DNA of 36,230 bases, from positions 1-36,230 of the forward strand of contig CACXEY010000275.1 in NCBI GenBank assembly GCA_902766695.1, given 5' to 3'. A program made the translations under genes and the position numbers. A model generated the notes under the pieces. The model was not told where the DNA came from. It saw only the letters and a list, made by a program, of their open reading frames with translations, and did not search any database. This DNA comes from an uncultured bacterium (GTDB lineage: Bacteria; Verrucomicrobiota; Kiritimatiellia; CAIQIC01; Lenti-01). Position 1 is the stretch's first letter; every line of letters begins with the position of its first letter. Shown here piece by piece: positions 18,797 to 27,945 of this stretch.

Positions 18797-18900
18797 ACTG
18801 GAAGCCTTCCGAGTCCGCGCAGCGGTTTTCACGCCTTTCAATGTTTGCTTTCCCCGTTCCCCGTCCCTCCCATGAACCTCCAACCCACCAGGAGCCACCC

Positions 18901-20442
18901 ATGAACGCACCCCGCCTCCTCTCCTTCGCCGCCGCCGCCGCCCTCGCGCTGGCCGCCGCCGTCCGTGCCGAAACCCTGGCGACCTGGTCGCTCAGCAACA
19001 CGGCCGAGGGCACGACCACGCTCGCGGATGCCCTTTCCGTGGGCGATATCACGGCGGGGTCGGCGGTCAAGCTCAACTCGCCTCCGGTTTCCGGGAAGGG
19101 AATGGGGGCTTCGGGCTGGCCGACGACGGCTTCCCTCAATGCCAACGCCTACTACCAGTTCACCATCACGGCGACGGCCGACTACTACCTGAACCCCGGC
19201 GAACTGGCGATGAACTTCCGCAGCACCAAGGAAGGCCCGGCCAAGGCCGAAGTCCGCTGGTCGACCAACGGCACCTCCTGGGCCAGCGCCGGCAGCTTCG
19301 ACGTGCCGCAGGACGGCAACGACAAAGGCCATCCCTTCACCGCCGACCTCACCGGCGTCACCGTCGGATCCGGCAAGACCCTCACCGTCCGCATCTACGC
19401 CTGGAGCGCCAAGACGGCCGGCGGCACCTTCCGCATCGGCAATTCCTATGCCATGACCCTCGCGGGCAACGCCATCGGCACCAAACTGCCGCCGACCATC
19501 GTCTTCCCCGGCGACGCGGTCTCCGTCGCCCTCAGCAACACCCTGACCGTGGCCATCGGCGTGCTGCCCGACGGCGGAATCAAGTCGTGGACTTTCGAGC
19601 CGACGCCCGCCGGGATGCGCTCCCTGGCGAACAAGACCTTCACCTTCAAGCCCGCCGCGGCCGACGTGGGCAAGACGTTCACCCTCTCCGTCACCGCCAC
19701 CAACTCGCACGGCGAATCCTCGGCGAGCCTCCCCGTGGCCGTCACCGAATACGTCCCGGAGGGCGCCTGGATGACCGGCTTCGAGACCGGCCCGTCCCCG
19801 TCCAACGCCAGCACCAACTGGACCATCGACGGCCGTGCCTGGACCATCCAGCAGCTGGATTTCTCCGACAAGGCCGGCCTGCCGAAAGTCGGCTCCCGCG
19901 CCTGCGTTTTCGGTAGCTACAACGAAGCCTACATGGTTTCCGCCGACAAGATGCTCGACGCCAACCACGGCTGCGGCAGCGTCTCCTTCCTCTACGGCGA
20001 ATACCCCGACGAATCCGAGCCCTGCCAGCCCGTCGTCGTCGAAATCGCCACCGACCTCGCCTCCGGCGACTGGATGGAAGTCGGCCGCGTCAACCCCGCC
20101 GGCGCCACGACCCTCCAAAAAGCCACCTTCGACATCCTCTCCAGGGAGCCCGTCTACCTCCGCATCCGCACCGAATACGTCAACAAGAGCGGCCGCGTCT
20201 GCATCGACCAGCTGACGGTGCTGCCCTACACCTTGCCCGTCCGGACCGCCTTCGAGCAATATCTGCTCGACCACAACGTCACCCCCGGCGACCCCGGCTG
20301 CGCCTCCGAAACCGTTTGGGCCGAAGGCGAAACCTCCACCTCCTACAAGACCGACGACTTCGACGAAGACGGCTACCCCAACTGGACCGAATTCAACGCG
20401 AATCCCAGGACCAACCCCTACGACAAGACCTCCCACCCGTAG
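18901..20442 (+). CDS. Secreted multi-domain beta-rich protein (Ig-like domain, C-terminal DxDxDG/TSP3-like motif)
   Basis: AGGAG ribosome-binding site; signal peptide ...ALAAAVRA|ET; TFTFKPAAADVGKTFTLSVTATNSHG; C-terminal DDFDEDGYPNWTEF...TNPYD. Confidence 0.7.
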   Translation: MNAPRLLSFAAAAALALAAAVRAETLATWSLSNTAEGTTTLADALSVGDITAGSAVKLNSPPVSGKGMGASGWPTTASLNANAYYQFTITATADYYLNPGELAMNFRSTKEGPAKAEVRWSTNGTSWASAGSFDVPQDGNDKGHPFTADLTGVTVGSGKTLTVRIYAWSAKTAGGTFRIGNSYAMTLAGNAIGTKLPPTIVFPGDAVSVALSNTLTVAIGVLPDGGIKSWTFEPTPAGMRSLANKTFTFKPAAADVGKTFTLSVTATNSHGESSASLPVAVTEYVPEGAWMTGFETGPSPSNASTNWTIDGRAWTIQQLDFSDKAGLPKVGSRACVFGSYNEAYMVSADKMLDANHGCGSVSFLYGEYPDESEPCQPVVVEIATDLASGDWMEVGRVNPAGATTLQKATFDILSREPVYLRIRTEYVNKSGRVCIDQLTVLPYTLPVRTAFEQYLLDHNVTPGDPGCASETVWAEGETSTSYKTDDFDEDGYPNWTEFNANPRTNPYDKTSHP

Positions 20443-20460
20443 CGCGCCCTGCGGGCGCGC

Positions 20461-20490
20461 AGTGGCAAGTGACGAGTGACGAGTGACAAG
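20461..20490. repeat. Short heptamer tandem repeat (AGTGACG-like)
   Basis: agtggca agtgacg agtgacg agtgaca ag. Confidence 0.7.
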
Positions 20491-20624
20491 ATGCGGTGAG
20501 GCCTTTTGACCGCCCATTCTCCCCCGGCGCGGCAGGATGCCGCCCCCCCGGAAGTGGCGCAGGACCTCCTGAACAAGCATCGCGTGACTTCCGGAGGTGC
20601 GGCGTCCAGCCGCTCCGCTGGATG

Positions 20625-20640
20625 TGAGATTACGGAAAAC
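20625..20640 (+). repeat. Intergenic 16-mer TGAGATTACGGAAAAC, copy 3
   Basis: Exact match to 2271-2286 and 6384-6399. Confidence 0.85.
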
Positions 20641-20715
20641 ATTGGTCTTTTCGCTTGTTTTCCGCTTTCCAGACGCCCCGCGGACGTCCCGCCCGCCCCC
20701 CGACTGCATATCCGC

Positions 20716-20800
20716 GAAGGGTTGAAGGGTTGAGGGAGTGGGCCGTCCTTCATCTTTTCAACCTTTCACCCTTTCACCCTTTCAACTTTTCAACCTTTCA
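20716..20800. repeat. Inverted octamer arrays (GAAGGGTT)n...(TTCAACCT/TTCACCCT)n
   Basis: gaagggttgaagggttga followed by about six degenerate ttcaMCYt units upstream of the RND gene. Confidence 0.8.
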
Positions 20801-20907
20801 CCGGGCTTCCTTGCACATTCGCCCTTGCGGGGGGAGGGGGGAAATGGGTAGGATGGGGGGTCTCCGCGCAATGCGGGGAGTTGTGTCTGCAAGGAAAGGT
20901 GTCATCC

Positions 20908-23900
20908 ATGTTCAGCAAAATCTTCATCGACCGGCCGAGGCTCGCGTTCGTGTGTTCGATCGTGCTCATGCTCGCGGGGGCCATCTGCGTGACGAAACTG
21001 CCCGTGGAGGAGTATCCCGACATCGCGCCGCCCCAGATCTACGTGATGTGCAATTACCCCGGCGCCACTTCCCAGACGGTCCTCGACACGGTCGGCACCG
21101 CCATCGAGTCGGAAATCAACGGGGTGGACGGGCTGCTCTACTACTCCGCCAACGCGGAGGACAACGGGAATTTCTTCGCGCAGGTCTATTTCCAGCCCGG
21201 CACCGACACCGACATCGCCATGGTCAACGTCCAGAACGCCGTCAAGCGCGCCGAGCCCTCCCTCCCCGAGGAGGTCACCCGCCAGGGCGTGCGCGTGAAC
21301 AAGCAGTCGAGCGACATCCTCGGCGTGTACGCGTTCATGACCGACGGCTCGCACATGAGCTCGATGGAGCTGAACAACTACGTCTCGAAGAACATCGCCG
21401 ACGCGCTCTCCCGCGTCGACGGCGTCGGCTCCATCACCGGCATGGGCGACACCTACGCGATGCGCATCTGGCTCGACCCCGTACGCATGGACGGCCTCGG
21501 GGTCACGGTCGCCGAGGTCAACGCCGCGGTCGCCTCGCAGAACCTGCAGGCGACGGCCGGCAGCGTCGGCGGCGAGCGCGCGAACCCGTACGTGCAGTAC
21601 CGCATCAGCACGATGGGCCGCCTGCAGACGCCGGAGCAGTTCGAGAACATCGTGGTCCGCACGGACGCGGCGGGCAACGTGCTGCGCATCCGGGACATCG
21701 GCCGCGCGGAGCTGGGGGCGGAGATGACGTCGTTCATCGGCGAGTTCAACGGCCGCGGCGCCGTCGCCATGCTCGTCTACCGCGACACCGGCGCCAACGC
21801 CGTCGGCACCAGCGCCCGCGTCAAGGCGGAGCTGGAGCGCTGGCGCGAAAGGCTGCCCGAGGGGGTGGACTTCCAGCTGACGTACGACCCGTCGCAGTCG
21901 GTCATCGTCTCGCTCAAGGAGACGGCGTTCACGCTGGTGCTGACGCTGTGCCTGGTGATTCTCATCACGTACCTCTTCTTGCAGGACTGGCGGGCGACGA
22001 TCGTGCCGGCGGTGGCGATCCCGGTCTCGCTGCTGGGGGCGTTCCCGTTCGTGTACGCGCTGGGGTTCTCGCTGAACACGCTGACGCTCTTCGGCCTGGT
22101 GCTGGTGATCGGGTCGCTGGTGGACGACGCGATCGTCGTCGTCGAGAACTGCCAGTCCCTCATGCAGCGCGAAAAGCTCTCCGCCCGCGCCGCCGCCATC
22201 AAGTGCATGGAGCAGATCACCGGCGCCATCATCGCGACGACGCTCGTCACCGTCGCCTGCTACGTCCCGCTCGCGTTCTACGGCGGCATGGTCGGCACCA
22301 TCTACGTGCAGTTCGCCGTGACGATGTGCGTGTCCCTCTGCATCTCGACCTTCGTGGCCATGACCCTCTCGCCGGCCCTCTGCTCCCTCGTGCTGCGGCC
22401 GCCGCGCGAGAAGCCCGCGAAGATCTTCGCCCCCTTCAACCTCCTCGTGGACGGCTCGCGCAAGTTCAGCAACGTGTTCGTGGGTTTCCTGGTGCGGCGG
22501 AGCGTGTTCGCGGTCGCGATCCTGGCGCTCTTCGTCGCGGGCATCTGGGGCGTCTCCAAGCTCGTCCCCGGCTCCTTCCTGCCCGAAGAGGACAAGGGCA
22601 TCGTCTTCTGCGACATCGGCCTGCCCGAAGGCGCCTCCCTCGAGCGCACCATGGACTCCGTCCGCGCCTTCCGCGACAAGACCGCCATGGTCCCCGAAGT
22701 CGACCGCACCATGGCCATCGCCGGCTTCGGCATGATCAACGGCGCCGGCGAATCCTCCGGCATGCTCATGGCCGGCCTCAAGCACTGGGACGACCGCGCC
22801 GGCAAGGGCCAGGACGCCGCCTCCCTCAAGAACAAACTCATGGGCCTCGGCATGACCCCCGTCGGCAGCGACCCCGACTCCCTCGCCGCGCAGACCGACT
22901 CGCGCGTCATCTGCTTCACCCCGCCCGCCATCCAGGGCCTGGGCATGACCGGCGGCCTCTCCCTCTACCTCGCGAGCGACGGCTCCCTCAGCTCCTCCGA
23001 ACTCGCCGCGGCCGCCGACAAACTCGCCGTCGACATCCAGCAGCTCACCGATTCCAAGGGCCGCAAGCTCGCCGCCTCCGCCAACAACTCCTTCGTCGCC
23101 AACACCCCCAAACTCTACCTCGACGTCGACCGCGAAAAAGCCATCTCCCTCGGCATCAACATCTCCCAGCTCTTCTTCACCCTCCAGTCCCAGCTCGCCA
23201 GCTACTACATCAACGACTTCAACATGATGGGCGAAGCATTTTATGTCAAGATGCAGTCCGAGCAAACCTCCCGCACCAGCGAAGAATCCGTCCTCGCCCT
23301 CCAGATCCCCACCGCCTCCGGCGGCAGCGTCCCCCTCTCCACCATCGCCACCCTGCGGCACGAAAAGAGCTCCCGCGTCCTCCAGCGCTACAACAAGATG
23401 AACGCCGCCAAACTCACCGCCCAGTGCGCCCCCGGCGTCCCCACCAAGACCCTCATGGACGCCATCGAAACCATCCCCCTCCCCAAAGGCTGCTCCATCG
23501 AATGGACCGACATGTCCTTCCAGGAAAAACAGAACCAGGGCCAGATCGTCTCCCTCATGGCCCTCGCCCTTCTGTTCGCCTTCCTCTTCCTCGTCGCCCA
23601 GTACGAGAGCTGGTCCATCCCCGTCCCCGTCATGCTCACCGTCGCCACCGCCACCTTCGGCGCCATGCTCGGCATCTGGGCGTGCAGCGGCAGCTGGGGC
23701 CTCGCCCACGGATTCGGCAGCGCCGGGTCCCTCTCCATCTACGCCCAGCTCGGCCTCGTCATGCTCATCGGCCTCTCCGCCAAGAACGCCATCCTCATGG
23801 TCGAATTCTCCAAACAGGAACGCGAAGCCGGCCAACCCATCCCCGAAGCCGCCCGCAACGGCTTCAACATGCGCTACCGCGCCGTGCTCATGACCGCCTG

Positions 23901-25497
23901 GAGCTTCATCTTCGGCGTCATCCCCCTCGTCTTCGCCTCCGGCGCCGGCTGCAACAGCCGAATCGCCATCGGCGTCACCACCTGCGCCGGGATGCTCATG
24001 GCCACCTTCGTCGGCATCCTCCTGACCCCCGGCCTCTACGCCTTCTTCCAGACCCTCCGCGAAGGCGTCAAACACCTCATCCACATGAAAACCTCCGTCG
24101 AAATCGCCGCCGAACACCGCGCCGAAGAAGCCGCCCGCGCCAAAGCCCGCGCCGCCGCCGCCGCCAAGACCCTCGCCCTCCTGCTGATTGCCGGCATCAC
24201 CGCCATCCTCGCCACCGGCTGCGGAACCATCCGCATGGCCCGCGACGCCCAGGCCACCGACACCGAACGCACCCTCCTCTGGACCGAGACCCCCTTCGCC
24301 GAACAAACCCCCATCCCCGTCGAAGCCCTCGCCCAGTGGGCCCGCACCAACGTCCCCGCCGTCGTCCAGGCCCGCGAAGACGTCGTACAGGCCCAGATCG
24401 CCCTCCGCTCCATCAAAGCCTCCTACATCCCCGTCATCGACGGATCCATCGCATATACGTATGCCTCCGCCAACATCGACCCCCACGACACCTCCTGGGA
24501 CGGCGACGGCGCCTGGGACGGCAAACTCACCCTCAACTGGCTCCTCTTCGACTTCGGCCGCACCCCGGCCGCCACCCGGCAAGCCGTCGCCCGCCTCGCC
24601 GCCGCCGACCAAGCCGCGCGCGCCGCCGAACAGACCGCCGCCTACAACGTCCGCGCCGCCTGCTTCGAACTCCTGCGCAAGACCGAACTCCACGCCGTCG
24701 CCCAGGCCAACGCCGCCGCCTACAAAGACCACCTCGAACAGACCCAGCACCGCTACGACGTCGGCGCCGTCACCAGCTACGAAGTCTCCAAGGCCCGCGT
24801 CGATTCCGAGAACGCCCGCCTCGCCGAAATCGTCGCCGCGCACGGCGTCCAGACCGCCCGCGCCGGCCTCGCCCTCGCCCTGGGCCTCGCCGAAAACCCC
24901 GACATCGACCTCCAGCCCCTCGAAACCGCCCCCGACACCCGAACCCTCGACGACCTCTGGGCCATCGCCCAAACCAACGCTCCCGCGCTCGCCGCCCTGC
25001 GCGCCGCCGCCGACGCCGCCAAAAACTACGTCGACTGGACCATCTGCGACCTCTACCCCAAACTCTCCCTGACCCTCACCTTCGACGCCCAAGGCGACTC
25101 CACCCCGCTTTTGTGGAACTACGCCGCCGTCCCCGCCGCCGCCCAGACCCTCTTCGCCGGCCGCGCCAAGACCCGCCAGATCGAGACCGCCGTCTCCCAA
25201 CTCCGCGCCGCCCGCTCAAAGCTGGCCGCCGCCGAACAGACCCTCTACAACACCCTCCTGAACGCCACCCTTTCCGCCCAAAGCGCCCAGGACGCCCTCG
25301 ACGTCGCCCAAAGCGCCGCCGCCGCCGCCCAGGAAAACTTCGACATCGTCTCCAGCCGCTACGACGTCGGCAAAGCCAGCGTCCTCGAACGCACCGACGC
25401 CCAAGTCGCCCTTTCCCGCGCCCAAGCCGAAGTCGTCACCGCCCGCTACAACCTCCTCGACACCCGCATCCTCATCACCCGCCTCATCGGCGAGTGA
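20908..25497 (+). CDS. RND efflux permease (AcrB/MexB, HAE1-like) fused in frame to a TolC-family outer-membrane factor
   Basis: MFSKIFIDRPRLA...LPVEEYPDIAPP; proton-relay motifs VDDAIVVVEN, SAKNAIL, RYRAVLMT. Then a linker, internal lipobox LATGC and OEP repeats (LNWLLFDFG, RYDVGAVT, LYPKLSL, RYDVGKAS). No stop between the parts. Confidence 0.92.
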   Translation: MFSKIFIDRPRLAFVCSIVLMLAGAICVTKLPVEEYPDIAPPQIYVMCNYPGATSQTVLDTVGTAIESEINGVDGLLYYSANAEDNGNFFAQVYFQPGTDTDIAMVNVQNAVKRAEPSLPEEVTRQGVRVNKQSSDILGVYAFMTDGSHMSSMELNNYVSKNIADALSRVDGVGSITGMGDTYAMRIWLDPVRMDGLGVTVAEVNAAVASQNLQATAGSVGGERANPYVQYRISTMGRLQTPEQFENIVVRTDAAGNVLRIRDIGRAELGAEMTSFIGEFNGRGAVAMLVYRDTGANAVGTSARVKAELERWRERLPEGVDFQLTYDPSQSVIVSLKETAFTLVLTLCLVILITYLFLQDWRATIVPAVAIPVSLLGAFPFVYALGFSLNTLTLFGLVLVIGSLVDDAIVVVENCQSLMQREKLSARAAAIKCMEQITGAIIATTLVTVACYVPLAFYGGMVGTIYVQFAVTMCVSLCISTFVAMTLSPALCSLVLRPPREKPAKIFAPFNLLVDGSRKFSNVFVGFLVRRSVFAVAILALFVAGIWGVSKLVPGSFLPEEDKGIVFCDIGLPEGASLERTMDSVRAFRDKTAMVPEVDRTMAIAGFGMINGAGESSGMLMAGLKHWDDRAGKGQDAASLKNKLMGLGMTPVGSDPDSLAAQTDSRVICFTPPAIQGLGMTGGLSLYLASDGSLSSSELAAAADKLAVDIQQLTDSKGRKLAASANNSFVANTPKLYLDVDREKAISLGINISQLFFTLQSQLASYYINDFNMMGEAFYVKMQSEQTSRTSEESVLALQIPTASGGSVPLSTIATLRHEKSSRVLQRYNKMNAAKLTAQCAPGVPTKTLMDAIETIPLPKGCSIEWTDMSFQEKQNQGQIVSLMALALLFAFLFLVAQYESWSIPVPVMLTVATATFGAMLGIWACSGSWGLAHGFGSAGSLSIYAQLGLVMLIGLSAKNAILMVEFSKQEREAGQPIPEAARNGFNMRYRAVLMTAWSFIFGVIPLVFASGAGCNSRIAIGVTTCAGMLMATFVGILLTPGLYAFFQTLREGVKHLIHMKTSVEIAAEHRAEEAARAKARAAAAAKTLALLLIAGITAILATGCGTIRMARDAQATDTERTLLWTETPFAEQTPIPVEALAQWARTNVPAVVQAREDVVQAQIALRSIKASYIPVIDGSIAYTYASANIDPHDTSWDGDGAWDGKLTLNWLLFDFGRTPAATRQAVARLAAADQAARAAEQTAAYNVRAACFELLRKTELHAVAQANAAAYKDHLEQTQHRYDVGAVTSYEVSKARVDSENARLAEIVAAHGVQTARAGLALALGLAENPDIDLQPLETAPDTRTLDDLWAIAQTNAPALAALRAAADAAKNYVDWTICDLYPKLSLTLTFDAQGDSTPLLWNYAAVPAAAQTLFAGRAKTRQIETAVSQLRAARSKLAAAEQTLYNTLLNATLSAQSAQDALDVAQSAAAAAQENFDIVSSRYDVGKASVLERTDAQVALSRAQAEVVTARYNLLDTRILITRLIGE

Positions 25498-25700
25498 CCT
25501 GGCGTCCTTTTTCCCATCCCCTCAGCATCCCGGTCCTGCCGGGGGCCGCGCCGTCGGCCCCCTCTCCCGTCCTCCCTCCCCCCCTCCTCCCCCGAAAAAC
25601 CTTGCCCCCACCCACACTCCCGCCCATGCCCCCGCCCGCGCCCACCCTCCTCGACACTTCCGCCGAAGCCCTCCTCCCCGGCCTTTTCCTTCGCTATTCC

Positions 25701-25725
25701 GTAACATTCGGCCTGGCCCTTTTTT
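25701..25725. repeat. Motif GTAACATTCGG(G)YCTGGCCCYTTTTT, copy 1
   Basis: Near-identical copy at 27191-27216; abuts the left direct repeat. Confidence 0.75.
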
Positions 25726-25878
25726 CCAAGCCCGCCCCCGGCTTGTCAACCGCAAACTGCCGCAACTTGAAGCAATCCGCCCTCTCCCGCGCCCAAGCCG
25801 AAGTCCTCCCCGCCCGCCACAACCTCCTCGGCACCCGCATCCTCATCACCTGCCCCATCGGCGAGTGACCCGCCGCGA
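25726..25878 (+). repeat. Left ~153-bp direct repeat (minus-strand promoter fragment plus decayed copy of the RND-TolC 3' end)
   Basis: Matches 34419-34572 with 6 substitutions and 1 indel by eye. 25778-25870 matches 25407-25499. Confidence 0.92.
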
Positions 25879-25944
25879 TCATGGTTGTTGTACGTGCAAC
25901 TTTTCTCCCGAACCGACCACTTGTTCTGTAACGCCGCGTTCTGA

Positions 25945-27093
25945 TCATGGGACCGGGGCTTCTTCTGCATCTTTTTCGGCCATTCTGTTTTCGATGGCGG
26001 CAATGGCCTCTTCCATGCCTTTCCTTGCCAATGGGGCGGGAGCGTTGTCCTTGGCGGTTTCCAGCGCTCTCAAGGTCTTCTGCCCTCCACGCTCCCCCAG
26101 CAACATGATTCCTACGCCACGAACTTGGCTTGAAGAATGGGAGAGCATTGGAATCAAAGACTCCAAATCATCCTCTTGCCCCATGTCGGCCAAAGCCGAA
26201 GCCGTGTCAACAATCACGATTTCATCCGCTCTTGTTTCCCTCTGCAATCGCGAAACGAAATATTCCTTCAGCCGGACAACAACCCCTGACTTGTCCCCTT
26301 GCGACGATCTCAAAATGGCAAGTGCCGAACTGACAACATAGGGATCGTCGCACTCCCTGACGACTGCCAGCAAGCCTTCGTAGGCCGATTTGCCTTGTTC
26401 CACCAACCGACGGTGCGCCATGACCTGGTTCTCGTCCTCGCTGTCTATTCCTTTGGGCAACAGCGCCCAAACCTCGGCCGCGGTCATCTCGCTGTCCGTC
26501 TGTGCACATGGCGACACGGCAAGTGCGGGCGTTCCTTCGGCATGAGTCACATCTGGGAATGTCGCCGCTGGTTCTTCAGAAAACGGCATTGGCAGATTGG
26601 CAGCTTTCTTTTCCAGCCTGTCCGTGAAATGGCGGGCCACCGCTCGGACATCTTCGCTTGGATGGGACAACAAGGGCTGAAGAAGCTGCTTGTCGTTTTC
26701 ATTGCCTATGTCCGATATCGTCTTGGCCAACAACATGAGCATTCGTTCGTTTGGTGGATTGGTAAGCAGCTGTTTTTCCTGAAGTACTTTTCCCAATTCG
26801 GCAACCACCACCCGCTTGTCTCCCTTTGTTTCGCGCAACACCCCCAAAGCCCGGCTGGCAATGAGTGAATTGGTATTCGAACGCACGATATTCAGAAGCG
26901 CTCCGTAAATGGATTCGCCCTGCTCAACCAATTTCAAGTGATCCGCAATGTCGTTGTTGTCAAAGTCGGGGCCTTTCGGCAACAATGCAAGCACTTCGGC
27001 CGCAGTCATTCCGCCTTCAGCCATGGCGCATGGCACCAGCACCGCCACCATGGCCATAAAAGCCAACAGCAAATAATTACTTTTTATCGACAT
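25945..27093 (-). CDS. Exported HEAT-repeat protein with two tandem paralogous modules (candidate immunity protein)
   Basis: Signal peptide (...VPCAMA). Two modules each begin MTAAEVxALLPKG-D...LVEQG; LLSHPSEDVR and MLSHSSSQVR...LGERGG are HEAT-like motifs. Confidence 0.75.
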   Translation of the reverse strand: MSIKSNYLLLAFMAMVAVLVPCAMAEGGMTAAEVLALLPKGPDFDNNDIADHLKLVEQGESIYGALLNIVRSNTNSLIASRALGVLRETKGDKRVVVAELGKVLQEKQLLTNPPNERMLMLLAKTISDIGNENDKQLLQPLLSHPSEDVRAVARHFTDRLEKKAANLPMPFSEEPAATFPDVTHAEGTPALAVSPCAQTDSEMTAAEVWALLPKGIDSEDENQVMAHRRLVEQGKSAYEGLLAVVRECDDPYVVSSALAILRSSQGDKSGVVVRLKEYFVSRLQRETRADEIVIVDTASALADMGQEDDLESLIPMLSHSSSQVRGVGIMLLGERGGQKTLRALETAKDNAPAPLARKGMEEAIAAIENRMAEKDAEEAPVP

Positions 27094-27190
27094 GTGAATC
27101 TCCTCTGATCTTTGTTTCTTCCGAATCCGACAATCTTCTCGATCCAGCGGCCCCGTTCGTTTCCGTGAACGTGAACATCAACCGCCATTT

Positions 27191-27216
27191 GTAACATTCG
27201 GGTCTGGCCCCTTTTT
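27191..27216. repeat. Motif GTAACATTCGGGTCTGGCCCCTTTTT, copy 2
   Basis: Matches 25701-25725; lies between two HEAT genes. Confidence 0.75.
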
Positions 27217-27259
27217 CGTTTTCCAAACCGACCACTTGCCCCGTTGCGTCATGGCCCGG

Positions 27260-27907
27260 TCATGGGGCCTCCGGCATCTCCTCATCCTGCCCGGCAAGCC
27301 TGCTTGTGATACTTGTTACCGCCTTGTTCATTTCATCCAATACCAGATTGTTGGATTCACGGCTTTTCGCTTCTTCAAGTGCCTCAATGGCTTGTTGGTC
27401 TCCACGCTGCCCAAGATATTGCGCACCCAGATAGCGCACCCGCATGTTTGGGTGCTCAAGCATGGGCAACAGGACATCAATATCATCCTCCGTGCCAAAA
27501 TCTGCCAGGAATTGTGCAATGCTTGTCAGCAACCAATCATCTTGACCTTCGGAACGGCACAAACGCTCGCTGAAAAAAGGTTTCAGTTCGGCGACAATCC
27601 CGCTCTTGTCTCCAGTCGTTTCCCTCAAAATCGCCAAGGCACTCGTGGCCACCATCCAGTCGTCGCATTGCTTTACAATTGCCAACATGGCTTCATGGCA
27701 AGCCTCTCCTTCATCGACCAGTTTCTGGATTCTGTCATTGATTTGCTCGTCTTCGTAATCCAGCACCTTTGGGAGCATTTCCCATTCCGGGTAATTCCGG
27801 TAGGTCATTCCGGGCGGAGTTTCCGCAGATACGGACAACGTGTCCGCCACCATCAAGACGGCCGCCAAGAGTACAAACCACAGGGCAGTCTTGGATTCAT
27901 TGAACAT
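27260..27907 (-). CDS. Exported HEAT-repeat protein (candidate immunity protein)
   Basis: AAAGGAGAA ribosome-binding site; signal peptide; YPEWEMLPK..D.EDE...KLVDEG...MLAIVKQCDD...LLPMLEHPNMRVRYLGAQYLGQRG. Confidence 0.8.
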   Translation of the reverse strand: MFNESKTALWFVLLAAVLMVADTLSVSAETPPGMTYRNYPEWEMLPKVLDYEDEQINDRIQKLVDEGEACHEAMLAIVKQCDDWMVATSALAILRETTGDKSGIVAELKPFFSERLCRSEGQDDWLLTSIAQFLADFGTEDDIDVLLPMLEHPNMRVRYLGAQYLGQRGDQQAIEALEEAKSRESNNLVLDEMNKAVTSITSRLAGQDEEMPEAP

Positions 27908-27945
27908 GTTATTCTCCTTTCTCCCCGCTGGTGTGGCGTGTAGTG

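Noticed and set aside
20655-25868. Very long alternative-frame and antisense ORFs (1737 aa, 1432 aa, also 8007-10997, 3463-5946, 15904-18342)
   Set aside because: Arg/Pro/Gly-rich shadow ORFs expected in high-GC DNA; they overlap genes with clear family motifs.
25407-25878. Gene end plus nearby diverged copy as a DGR variable/template repeat pair
   Set aside because: Differences involve several base types on either strand rather than only adenines, the target is a TolC helix, and no reverse transcriptase is in the window.
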